Shown here: in pieces, positions 48,627 through 59,934 of the stretch
Position numbering within the stretch: the stretch's first letter is position 1
Layout: each line of letters begins with the position of its first letter
The notes under the pieces: model-generated
Databases searched by the model: none
Told to the model about the DNA's origin: nothing
Seen by the model: only the letters and a program-made list of their open reading frames with translations
Position numbers and translations under genes: made by a program
NCBI GenBank assembly: GCA_038087875.1
Contig: CM075989.1
Span: 5,580,001-5,644,000, forward strand
DNA from: Malacoraja senta
Taxonomy: Eukaryota
Direction of reading: 5' to 3'
Length of the DNA stretch: 64,000 nucleotides

Positions 48627-49085
48627 CTAATGAATGAATAAGATTATTGGCCAAGTATTCACATACAAGGAATTTTCCTTGGTGCTCTGCCCGCAAGTGA
48701 CAGCATGACATACAGTGACAGTTAAGAATGACACATAAACATTAATAATAAAACATTATCGAATAAACATGTGAATTAAATAAAATACCAGAGCAAAAGG
48801 AGGCTACAGATTTTTGGTTATTGAGTAGAGCTACTACTCATGGAAAAAAAGCTGTTTTATGTCTGGCTGTGGCAACTTTGACAGTCCGGAGTCGCCTTCC
48901 AGAGGGAAGTGATTCAAAGAGTTTGTGGGCAGGGTGAGAGGGGTCAGAGATGATCTTACCCGCTCGCTTCCTTCCCCTTGCAGTGTACAATTCGTCAATG
49001 GAGGGAAGGTTGTAGCCAACAACCTTCTCAGCTAATGGAACGATTCGCTGCAGCCTCTGGATGTCGTGCTTGGTGGCTGAGCCAC
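48627..49085 (-). mobile_element. Rex1/Babar LINE 3' fragment
   Basis: ATKHDIQRLQRIV...ISDPSHPAHKLFESLPSGRRLRTVK; (AATG)n tail. Confidence 0.8.
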
Positions 49086-49479
49086 ACTAAACTAAACCCT
49101 TGTGCAAGCAGTGAAATGTGTTACTACCTCAAATCCACCTGCCCCACCTGTGTGTGATTCCTAACTGGTTTCATCACTCATCTTGGAGAACCACTGGCCT
49201 GAAGTGGAAGTAAGTCCTCCTCCAAGCAGACGGACTGGCTAAGCAGAAGAGAAACGGGTGCCAACTAAGAATCCAGGGGATGGGCACAAAATGTTGGTGA
49301 TACTCAATGGGGTCAGGCAGCATCTCTGGAGAACATGTGTAGAAAGGAACTGCAGATGCTGGTTTAAACCGAAGATAGACACAAAATGCTGGAGTAACTC
49401 AGCGGGACAGGCAGCATCTCTGGAGAGAAGGAATGGGTGACGTTTCACCTCGAGACCCTTCTTCGGGCTGATGGTTTAA

Positions 49480-50110
49480 CAGGAGGATTAGGGGTGATAA
49501 TATAGAGGTGTACAAAATCATAAAAGGAATAAATCCTCAGAGGGCGGTGGAGGCCGGTTCTCTGGATACTTTAAAGAGAGAGCTAGATAAGGCTCTTAAA
49601 GATAGCGGAGTCAGGGGATATGGGGAGAAGACGGGAATGGGGTACTGATTGGGGATGATCAGCCATGATCACATTGAATGGTGGTGCTGGCTCGAAGGGC
49701 TGAACGGACTACTCCTGCACCTATTGTCTATTGTCTATATAAGCAAGTAAAAATGTCATTGTTCTATCTGGGACATGACAATAAAACACTCTTGACTCTG
49801 GTGGATGTACAGAGACTCTTGCTCAGAGTAGGAGAATCGAGAACCAGAGGACATAGGTTTAAGGTGAGAAGGGAAAGATTTAATAGGAACCTGAGGGGTG
49901 ACCTTTACACAAAGGGTGGTGGGTGTATGGAGAGAGATGCCAGTTGAGAATGCAGCATTTAAGAAACATTTAGACAGCTACATGGTTAGGATAGGTTTAG
50001 AAGGATATGTGCAAAATGCAGGCAGGGGGAGACTAGTGAGATGGGACATGTTGGCTGGTGTGGGCAAGTTGGGCCGAAGAGCCTGTTTCCACGCTGTATC
50101 ACTTTATAAC
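49480..50110 (+). mobile_element. Nested CR1 3' fragments
   Basis: Younger CR1 tail (~49535-49737) inside an older CR1 end. Confidence 0.7.
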
Positions 50111-50454
50111 TCAATACCGAAATGTAACGAGTCAAGAAATCCCTTAACAACTGAGTCAATGTCTACTTCAATTTGCATTTTGTATGTTATCTAGATCTTT
50201 AATGAATAAACTAATTTGCCCAAATTCTATGCCCATTCATCGCAGGTTTTGGAAACATTGTCTGCTTCACACCATATTATTCAATGTAAAGTCCCTCATG
50301 ACATCTCATTATCTCTGAAAGCAACAGTTTATCCTCATGTTTACTGGGTAGTTTAACATTAATAACACCTTTGCAATTCACCTCATATCAACACAGATTC
50401 TCAGTTTAATCTTGTTGATGTTAAATAACTGCTGTTAAGAAAACAGTAAGCATA

Positions 50455-50780
50455 CTAAGTTTAATTTCGTTTAGTTTGGCGAGACAGCGTGGAAACAGGC
50501 ACTTTGGCCCACCGAGTCCGCGCCGAGCAGCGATCACCCCGTCCACGAGCACTATCCTAACATGCTGGGGACAATTTACAATTTTATTACCAAAGCCAAT
50601 TTACCTACAAATCTGTAAGTCTTTGGAGTGTGGGAGGAAACCGGAGCACCCGGGGATAGCCCATGTGCTATGGGGGAGAACGTACAAACTCCGTCCAGAC
50701 AGCAACCGTAGTCAGGATCGCACCCGGTTCTCTGGCGCTGTAAGGCAGCAACTCTACCGCTGCGCCACCGTGCCGCCCAG
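50455..50780 (-). mobile_element. V-SINE, full length
   Basis: Tail, V-domain, head. Confidence 0.88.
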
Positions 50781-51079
50781 AAGCATGGTTGAAAATATTG
50801 TTCTGCTCCAAGTGACACTGAGTCCACTACCGATCTAGACACTTTTTCCTGGCCACTTCTGTGGTCCTTTCGTTCAAGAATTAGGTTCTCTGCAGTCCCA
50901 TGAAGAGCATTCAGGTGGTTTAAGTCACAGGTCATTGAGAGAGGTAAGAGATTGTCAGGGTCTTGACAAAGATCTTTGCACCCTCTTACCATGCAGGAAG
51001 GTGGATTAGTTTAATTTGACATAATGTTCGCCACATAATGTTCCTGGGTTGTATTGTGTTCCTCTCTGTCTTTCAATCG

Positions 51080-51545
51080 GCAAGGATGTTGCCAGGACTC
51101 GAGGGTTTGAGCTATAGGGAGAGGTTGAGCAGGCTGGAACTCTATTCCCTGGAGCGCAGGAGGATGAAGGGTAATCTTATGGAGGTGTATAACATTATGA
51201 GAGGATTAGATCGGGTAGAGACACAGAGTCTCTTGCCCAGAGTAGAGGAATCGAGAACCAGCGGGCATAGGTTTAAGGTGAAGGGGGGAAAGATTTTATA
51301 GGGATCTGAGGGATACCTTTTTCACACAAAGGTTGGTGGATGTATGGAACGAGCTGCCGGAAGAGGTAGTTGAGGTAGGGACTATCACAACGTTTAAGAA
51401 GCAAATAGACATATACATGGATAGGACAGGTTTAGATGGATATGGACCAAACGCAGGCAAGTGGGACCAGTGTGGGTGGGACATGTTGGTCGGCGTGGGC
51501 AAGTCGGGCCAAAGGGCCTGTTTCCGCACTGTATGACTCTATGGT
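51080..51545 (+). mobile_element. CR1 3' fragment
   Basis: RMLPGLEGLSYRERLSRL...VWNELPEEVVE. Confidence 0.85.
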
Positions 51546-52295
51546 AGAAGAGACACAGCAGGGACCCCCAAACTATGAGGAGGCTGCAATCAGGAGAGGC
51601 CCAGGAAATGTTGCAGTCCGTGCCATGCATTATACAGCACAGTATATTAGCAGGCATTGTATCGAATGCAACTGCACTTCAAAGGGATAAAGTCACAACC
51701 ATGCGTTACAGCTCAAGGCTACAACTGCGCTGCATGTGGTAGTGAATGTCCTTGTGCCTTTATAATGTTTCTGCCTCTGGTTCCTTCCAAACCACCTCCA
51801 ATGATACAAAGTCCGTTTGTTCTGCATGCAATGAGCCAGTGAATTGGAACATAGGGGCTGGAGGAGGATACTCAATCCCTCAGGTTTATTCAACAGCCTA
51901 AAGTCTTTTGTTCCCTTTTCCCCATGCTCCTCAACGCCTCTGGTCATTGAAATAAACCCAGTTGAAAACTTAAAATTAACACTCGACTGATCATCAATTG
52001 CCCTTTGTAGAAGATGCTTCTGAAGCACTACCACCCTCTGTGTGGTGAGATGTTACTCCATCCAACTCCTTCAAGCTCTGTTTCTAACATGAGATCTTGC
52101 CCCCTCCTGTTAGACCTCCCAAGCAATGGAAATTTTAAAATCATATCCAGTCTTTTCAGTTCCCCAAAATATCTTGAACATTTTGGTGACATTACACTGA
52201 AAAGTATGAGCATATTAGTCTATGGACCAAGTTGATATGAAGGTTTGATTGTAGGGCGACTCCATTTTGGCTAGTAGGTGTATGATGGGCCAAAT

Positions 52296-52689
52296 CTTCT
52301 TCTGTCGTGTGTCTTTTAGACCTGCAGCTCCGTTGAGGCGAGCCAGGCCAACGTGTCATCGTCCAGGTCAATCAGACCGCGTTCACCATTCGGTGGCCGG
52401 TGTTTGGGGCAACTGGTGACTATGTGCTCCACTGTCTGTGTTGGGTCCCCACACTCGCAGGAGGCACTCGCTGTCCACGAGGCCCCACCTCTTCATCGCT
52501 ACTCCATAGCGTCCGATGCCTGTCCTCAAGTGGTTGAGGGTTGTCCACTGCTTTCGGGGCAGGTCCTGGCCAGGGTCGTCCATGGGGTCATCGATGTAAT
52601 GGTGTAGCCTAGATGGTTCCGCTGACTTCCACTGGTCTCTCCATCTCGTCTTGACCCAGGCGGCCTTAGAAGCATCAGCCGGTGTTGTT
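52296..52689 (-). mobile_element. Ingi/Vingi-like LINE 3' fragment
   Basis: LPRKQWTTLNHLRTGIGRY...KRWGL then, after a frameshift, CECGDPTQTVEHIVTSCP zinc knuckle; short (GAA)n tail; 11-bp TSD ATGGGCCAAAT (52285-52295, 52690-52700). LINE status is firm, clade less so. Confidence 0.65.
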
Positions 52690-53044
52690 ATGGGCCAAAT
52701 GATCGCCTTCTGTACCATTAATTTACAATGGTTTTACACGCCCTGTTATGCATCTGACCAAGCAAAGTACAACCCCTGTGTGTGGAATACATAGAGAGAG
52801 GTTTACTTATACCATACATAGTCCATGTATACATGGCGAGCTGGCTGAATAATTGCCACGGAAAGTTACTTTAAGGAATTGCTCATCTAATTTTGCAACA
52901 TTCAAAATGCCGACATATTGGATATTACCAAGACATCTGCTCAAAAGACCATTGGAACTTCTTAGAAAGCAGGACTTTCATTTATATAGCAACTTTGAAG
53001 AACAGGGCTTCTCAAAGCAATTTCCCAATAAGTAGATGTTTTTA

Positions 53045-53370
53045 GACCATAAGGCCATAAGAGCAGTATTTGGCCATTTGGCCCATCAAGTCTGCTCTGT
53101 CGTTCGATCATGGCTGATCTATTTTTCCTCTCAACTCCATTCTCCAACCTCCTCCCCATAACGTTTGACATCCTTACTAATTAAGAACTTATCCATCTCT
53201 GCTTTTAAAAATACCCGATGGTTTGGCCTCCAGAGCCGTCTGTGGCAATTAATTCCACAGATCCACCACCCTCTGGCTAAAGAAATTCCTCTTCATCTCC
53301 ACTCTGAAGGTAGGTCCTTTTATTTTGAGGCTGTGTCCTCTGGTCCTAGACTCTCCCACTAGTGGAAGCA
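53045..53370 (-). mobile_element. CR1 3' fragment
   Basis: (CATAAGG)-type tail and colinearity with other CR1 ends. Confidence 0.75.
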
Positions 53371-53954
53371 TTCTTTGGAATCAGGGCCGACCTAAAGCCG
53401 ATTGGACCGATTGCTCCCAATTGGGCCCAGCGACAAAGGGGGCCCCGCGCCAGTAATCGACTCTCGGCTCGGGTAGATCTTTCCCGGGTGGAGGGGGGAG
53501 AGAGAGGGGTGGAGAGAGAGCAGAGGGGTGGAGAGAGAGCAGAGGGGTGGAGGGGGAAGAAAGGTGTAGACGGGGAGGAGGGTGTGAGGGGTAATGGAGA
53601 AGGGGGAAAAAGGGGGAGGTGGGTCATTCCCTCATGGTCCCAGGGCAGCGCTCCCGCCCCTCCAGTCGCCGTGCATCACCCAGACAGCCCCAGCTCCACC
53701 CCTCTCTCTCTCCGGGAAGACGCGGTGAACACCAAAGATTATCGGCTCTATGATCTTTGGTGAACACTACAGGGAGGGACGGGCCGGGGTTGGAGCAACG
53801 TTTACAAACATCGGCCTCAGCTCACACCCGGACCCCGGCATCTGCTCCCACCGCCGGCCCTCTCCCTCCCTTCTCTCCTTCCCTTCCCTCCCTTCCCTTC
53901 TTCCCTCCCTCCCTTCTCTCCTTCCCTTCCCTCCCTCCCTCCCTTCTCTCCTTC

Positions 53955-54144
53955 CCTCCCTCATTCCTCTCTCTCTTTTCCATTCTCTCCTTCGTTCTAT
54001 CCATTCTTTCTGTCCTTCCCTATTCTACTTTCTCTACTTCCCACCCTCCCTTCTGTGGGAAGTAGAGAAAGTAGAATAGGGAAGGACAGAAAGAATGGAT
54101 AGAACGAAGGAGAGAATGGAAAAGAGAGAGAGGAATGAGGGAGG
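53955..54144. repeat. Perfect 89-bp inverted repeat with 12-nt spacer
   Basis: 53955-54043 is the exact reverse complement of 54056-54144. Confidence 0.95.
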
Positions 54145-55238
54145 TGATCTACATAGGTATGTTACAAAACTTACCTTCAGTCGCGCTGTAATTCTGCCAC
54201 TCTCCGTGTGCGCGATTTTGGCGCCTTTAAGGGGGGGCGGGGTTAAAACGCGGGTTTCTCCTCCCTTGTCCTGGTTAATATTTTGTTGGAGTACAAGCGT
54301 TGGCTGAGGAATCGTTCCTAGTGGCGATTTGTGTGATTTTTATTTTTTATTGAATCGTCAATGTCAGCGCTAGAGTAATTTTAAAAGCAGCCCCTGAAGC
54401 GTCAACGCCGATAACGGGGACGGATTTCACACACGGTAAACGAACGTGGTTTCTTTAAATGTATAAAAGTGCTTCTTAAGAAGCCTTTAATTCACATTTT
54501 TTCATGCGACACGGTGATTTTATTCCCTGAATTAACTGCAGTATTTTTCATGCCAATACGGGGTTAAATTCACCGCAAATGAACGTTCCAAAAGATCGCA
54601 TTCCAGAAATCCTCACTCACAAGATGATTTCAATCCCCATTAATTTACAGGTATTAAACATCCAATTCCTTCCATTTGGCCTGTAAATTCATGAAAATGA
54701 GATTTAAAAATTATGTTATATTGTGAATTATTGTGTGAATGTTATTTGGACACTTAGGCTATTTAAAAATGTTAATCTATTCTTAAGAAATTGATAGATG
54801 TTTAGATCTAGTAATTGAATTTTGTAATTAGCTACAATTAAGTGACTAACTAATTATATGCTTTACTTTCATGTCTTCTAAGTAAGATTGTTTCATATTT
54901 GTTTCAGAATGCTTCAATCTATAATAACTGAAAAGTTCTTTCAGTTATCTTAATTTTTAAGAAAGTTATGGGCTTTTACTGTCCTCGATCACAGCTTTTG
55001 TGTTAAGTCAATGGAAAAGCAATATGGAACAAGATGCTAATTTCCGAGTATGAAAATGGCCATAACTTCTTTAATACTGAAGATATGAAAGTGAATTAGG
55101 TGTCAAATTAAACTTCTTTTTATGCTTTATCTGATGGGATAAATTGCAGACTTTATTTTTAAAATGTAGTTAGATCTGTTTGGTCCATTAAGTCGCAGGC
55201 ACGTTTTAAGCGCACATTTTGATTACTTTCCATTCTAC

Positions 55239-55283
55239 CATAGAGATATATAGTCTATAATAGACTTTATTTCTATTTCTATG
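55239..55283. mobile_element. 45-bp palindromic insertion with CATAG...CTATG ends
   Basis: 7-bp direct repeat ATTCTAC (55232-55238, 55284-55290); termini and TSD length fit P-superfamily elements. Confidence 0.55.
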
Positions 55284-55388
55284 ATTCTACAGACCTTGGC
55301 TGGGAACCTGGGGCTCACCAAAATTGTTCCAGATTGGGCCCCGCACCTCCTAAGGCCGGCCCTGTTTGGAAGTGTGAGCAATGCTTAC

Positions 55389-55460
55389 GTTGGAATTGAA
55401 TTGGCATTGGATGTTCCTGTTTGATGTTGAATGGAGAAGAATTGTCTGCCTTGGTAAAGA
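55389..55460 (-). other. Candidate 72-nt internal exon of an unidentified host gene
   Basis: Acceptor TTTTAATTTCATGTTTTGCTGCATTTCAG, donor AAC|GTAAGC, length divisible by 3, no stops; product not recognised. Confidence 0.35.
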
Positions 55461-55895
55461 CTGAAATGCAGCAAAACATGAAATTAAAAATGTAAACTGC
55501 AATGGGGAATACAAATAAAAGATGAGAAGCAAGCTGTCACAATCAGCCGAACATTGCTCCTCATCACTTTCTACACAATCTTCAATCATGTGATCTGCTC
55601 CGAGTAATGTATTTGACGTAGGCCTTTGGGATGCTGCACTTGTTGAAATGGCTGCTCCACAGGGAAGCACTTGTTATCAAAATTAACCAGGCTATTTCCA
55701 CAAAATGCATCACATATTCAAAACACACTGGATGTCAAATGAAAGAAACAAATCCACAAGACACACAAAGGGTGGTGGGTGTATGGATCAAGCTGCCAGA
55801 GAAAGTAGTTGAGGCAGGGACTATCCAAAGCAGTTAGACAGGTACATGGATAGGACAGGTTTGGAGGGATATGGACCAAATGTTGGCAGGTGTGG

Positions 55896-56207
55896 CTAGT
55901 GTAGCTGGGACATGTTGCCCGGTGTGGGCAAGATGGGCTGAAGGGCCTGTTTCCACACTGTATCACTCTGTGACTAGTGTAGCTGGGACATGTTGCCCGG
56001 TGTGGGCAAGATGGGCTGAAGGGCCTGTTTCCACACTGTATCACTCTATGACTAGTGTAGCTGGGACATGTTGCCCGGTGTGGGCAAGTTGGGCTGAAGG
56101 GCCTGTTTCCACACTGTATCACTCTGTGACTAGTGTAGCTGGGACATGTTGCCCGGTGTGGGCAAGATGGGCTGAAGGGCCTGTTTCCACACTGTATCAC
56201 TCCGTGA
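55896..56207 (+). repeat. 78-bp tandem repeat x4 of a CR1 3' UTR
   Basis: Units start at 55896, 55974, 56052 and 56130; directly continue a CR1 end at 55760-55895. Confidence 0.95.
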
Positions 56208-56459
56208 CAACATGACTGTACATCTTCTTGTCTCTTGGTCTTAACAATATTTCTTTTAGCTTTTAGTTTAAAGATGCAGCACGGAAACAGGCCCTTTGGC
56301 CCACCGAGTCCACGCCGACCGAGGTCAGGATCGAACCTGGGTCTCTGGCGCAGTGAGGCAGCAGCTCTACCAGCTGCACCAAGCCGATACCAACCCAGTT
56401 CCGTGTTGCTAAGTCACTATTCCACTTACTGGTGACGGCAGTTTGCATGAGCAGCTTAG

Positions 56460-56812
56460 AAGTCAAGTCAAGTCAAGTCACATTTATTTATATAGCACGT
56501 TTAACAAACAACTCTCGTTGGCCAAAGTGCTTTACATTTGTTATAAGAATAGTATAAACAAACAAACTACATACATATATACATATAGCCCTCGCTCAGA
56601 GGACGTCAAGAAAGGCTTGGGAGTATAGATAAGTTTTTAGTCTTGACTTAAAGGAGTCGATGGAGGGGGTAGTTCTGATGGGAAGGGGGATGCTGTTCCA
56701 CAGTCTAGGAGCTGCAACCACAAAGGCACGGTCGCCCCTGAGCTTATGCCTAGACCGCGGGATATTCAGCAACCCCAAGTCAGCCGGTCTGAGGGACCTG
56801 GAGGTGGAGTGT
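56460..56812 (-). mobile_element. L2 LINE 3' fragment
   Basis: LLNIPRSRHKLRGDRAFVVAAPRLWNSIP...FKSRLKTYLYSQAF; (CAAGT)n tail. Confidence 0.85.
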
Positions 56813-56817
56813 AGAAA

Positions 56818-57107
56818 GGGCGGCCCAGTGGCGCAGCCGGTAGAGCCACTGCCTCATGGCGCCCGGGTTCCATCCTGACCTCGGGTGCTGTCTGTGTGGA
56901 GTTTGACTGTTCTCCCTGTAACCACTTGGATTTCCTCCCACATCCAAAAGACGTGCGGGTTTGTGAGTTAAATAGCCTCTGTAAATGTCCCTTGTGGTAG
57001 GGAGTGGATGAGAAAGTGGGATAACATAGAACTCGTGTGAACGGGAATCGATGGTTGCCAAGGATTCGATGGGCTGAAGAGCCTGCTCCAATGCTGTATC
57101 TCTAAAC
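56818..57107 (+). mobile_element. V-SINE
   Basis: Head, V-domain, tail. Confidence 0.8.
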
Positions 57108-57579
57108 TATCTCTGCTCAGATGAATAATGTTTCTGATTTGTATCATTTCGGGCAAAGCAAGACTTAAAATATTGCCTGGATGCTTAAAATATACCTAAG
57201 TATTAAAATTAAACTATAAAAAGAAAAAAAGGCAGTCCTGTCAGGATTGTATTAAATATGTATGCGTATGGCTAGATTCAATTCCATTCATCTTCTCTTA
57301 TGAATGGATTAAGATATAAAGCCGATAGGTATGGTAATGTAGCTGGCAATATATCTCCACTGACACTGTGGTATGAAGGCAAGAGACATCATTATATTTC
57401 AGATGAACTATGCTGTTCATTGTTGTCTCCCCCTTCCTCCACCACTCCTCTCTCCTCGTCTCCAAATGGAGTATAACTTCACAGGCCGATCGACCGGCAG
57501 GTCGCCGAGAACAGAACGAGACCCGGCAACTCAGCAGGCCAGCCACCAAAAGTTGAGAGGAACCTCCACTGTCAGATTG

Positions 57580-57955
57580 AAGCCAAACACTTTAACTCCC
57601 CTTCCCATTCCTACACCGACCTTTCTGCCCTGGGCTTCCTCCACTGTCAGAGTGAGGCCAAATGCAAATTGGAGGAACAGCACCTCATATTTCACTTGGG
57701 CAGCATACACCCCAGCGGTATGAATATAGATTTTTCTAATTTAATGTAACCCCTGCATCCCCTCTCTCTCCGTCTCTCCCTCACACTAGTCGCCTTACTG
57801 GTTTCACTGTCGTCTTGTTGAGTTTTGCCATCTATATAAATCGTTGTCACCAAGCCCACAGCCAACAATGGACCATTGTGGGCTCCACCTTTCCTTGATC
57901 ACCGTTACTTTTTGCAAATCTTTCATTCATTCGATCAACATCTCACTATATCACC
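57580..57955 (+). mobile_element. Penelope-like GIY-YIG 3' fragment
   Basis: AKHFNSPSHSYTDLSALGFLHCQSEAKCKLEEQHLIFHLGSIHPSGMNIDF, matching 4205-4386. Confidence 0.8.
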
Positions 57956-58029
57956 GTTCACGCCAATCAAAATAAGTAAGAAAGGATATTAATATTGTCT
58001 TCCACAAGAAGCCTTGCCCAGACTAATGT

Positions 58030-58320
58030 TGGCGGCACAGTGGTGCAGCAGAAGAGTTGCTGCCTTATACAGCGCTAGAGACCCAGGTTCGATCCTGACT
58101 AGCAGTGTTGTCTGCATGAAGCTTGCAGGTTCTCCCTGTGACCGCGTGGGTTTCCTCCGGGTGCCCCTATTTCCTCCCACATTCCAAAGGCGTAGGTTCA
58201 TTGGCATCTGTAAATTACCCCTAGTATGTGGACTAGTGTACGGATGCTCCTTGGTTGGCATGGACTCGGTGTGCCCAAGACCCTGTTTCCATGCTGCATC
58301 TCCAAACTAAACTAAACTAA
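58030..58320 (+). mobile_element. V-SINE
   Basis: Head, V-domain, (CTAAA)n tail. Confidence 0.85.
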
Positions 58321-58902
58321 TCCCGACATAATGCTGGCTGGGCTTTTAGATACAGTGACCTCCAAACCAGTCAAGGACCGTAGCTTCACTTGGCAAATGG
58401 CCCACAGCCAGTAAGTAATGGGTTGAAATCTCAGACCAGCATTTCAGTTTCCGACACCGCGCAGTAAATGCTGAAAATAGCTGAACTTAAAAACAAAACA
58501 CTGCACATCACAAGAGTAAATGTAGCCTGATGATGGAGCCTGGTTATTTTTAGCATTGGTCCAATCTATAGAATGTGTCCCTGGAGACCTTTCCTGTACT
58601 CGCATCAGCAAAACCAACTGGAAAAGCAACTGATTCATTTATAGTGAGAACTAACATCCTCCATCCATCATTCACTTGCAAGGCAATGGTTACTGGAAAC
58701 TGTCACACGCCGGTGTCTTGATGCCAAGGAATTGCTCAGTGTGGGACCCCTACACTCTGTAGCACACTGCAGTCATCGAACGGCACTGGGGTGTAAATGA
58801 AGATGAGCATTTATAAACCACAGTTCACAGAGACCACATGTTTCAAGTGAAGCAAAGGTTAGGACCAGTTTGGAGGTCAATGTACCTACAAGCACACAGT
58901 AT

Positions 58903-59710
58903 CAGCCAGAAGAAGGGTCCCAATCCAAAACATTACCCATCCATGTTCTCCAGAGATGCTGCCTGACCCACTGATTAGCTCCAGCACTGATGTACTTTTG
59001 TGTAAACTAGCATCTGCAGTTCCTTGTTTCTATATTTTAACTGTGAAATCTCGTCAAGGAATGCTTATGGCCCTGTCCCACGGTACAAGTTCATTCCAAG
59101 AGCTCTCCTGAGTTTAAAAAAAAAATCAAACTCCTGGTAAGCACGGAGAATGAACGTAGCGGGTACGTCGGAGCTTGGGGACGTCTCTTAGCGGCTCGTA
59201 ACGCTAAAGGCAGGTACTTGGGAAGACTCGCTAATGGCAGGTAAGCACGGGAAGACTCGTGAAGATTTTTCAACATGTTGAAAAATGTCCACGAGAGCCC
59301 CGAGTACCGCCGAGCGGCCATTACCGTAAATCTCCGAGTTCGAATCAGGGCAAACTCGGGAGAGCTCTTGGATTGAACTCGTACCGTGGGACAGGGCCAT
59401 TACTTTGAAGTTCTCCTCTTTCCAGATACGTTTGAAGAAGGGTCCCGACCCGAAACATCACCTATCCATGTTCTCCAGAGATGCTGTCTGACCTGTTGAG
59501 TTGCGCCAGCACTTTGTGTCCATTTGTGTCAACCAACATCTGCAGTTCCTTGTTCCTATATTATGACTGTTCCGCTGTGAAATCCCCACAAGGTATCCCT
59601 ACTTTGAAGAAGTTCTCCTCCTCTCTGCAGTTCAGTCTGAAGGAGGATCACCTATCCATTTCCCCAGAGATGCTGCCTGACCCACTGAGTTACTCCAGCA
59701 CTTTGTGCCC
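58903..59710 (+). repeat. Tandem ~200-bp Penelope-type units, each starting with a decayed hammerhead motif
   Basis: Motif starts at 58907, 59432 and 59637; spacer CTGTGAAATC...TACTTTGAAG...TTCTCCTC is repeated; first spacer interrupted by a MITE. Confidence 0.7.
59068..59399. mobile_element. MITE, PIF/Harbinger-like (type C)
   Basis: TIRs TGGCCCTGTCCCACGGTAC / GTACCGTGGGACAGGGCCA; TTA TSD; same family as 4390. Confidence 0.9.
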
Positions 59711-59934
59711 AGGAGTCCGAAGATGCTTTAGAATAATTTTAAGCTGTGAATGAGAACATTCAGTAGCTTAATACATGCATGGCAATAACCACAGTGAAAA
59801 AAGCACATGGCTGTGATCAGCTGATGTTCATTGAGGGATACATATTGACCAAGGAATCTGACAACTTACACCCAAGGTAAATATTAATCCGAGTTCTGTC
59901 GAGAGAGATAATTGCCAAAGGACAATTACTGGGA

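Larger units (their letters stand above)
53382..55364. mobile_element. Non-autonomous hAT DNA transposon, composite interior
   Basis: TIRs CAGGGCCGACCTAA / TAAGGCCGGCCCTG; 8-bp TSD TTTGGAAT / TTTGGAAG; ATTGGGCCC subterminal motif near both ends; no transposase ORF. Confidence 0.8.

Noticed and set aside
58527..58634. Possible C/D-box snoRNA (TGATGA...CTGA)
   Set aside because: Box C lacks the leading purine and there is no terminal stem.
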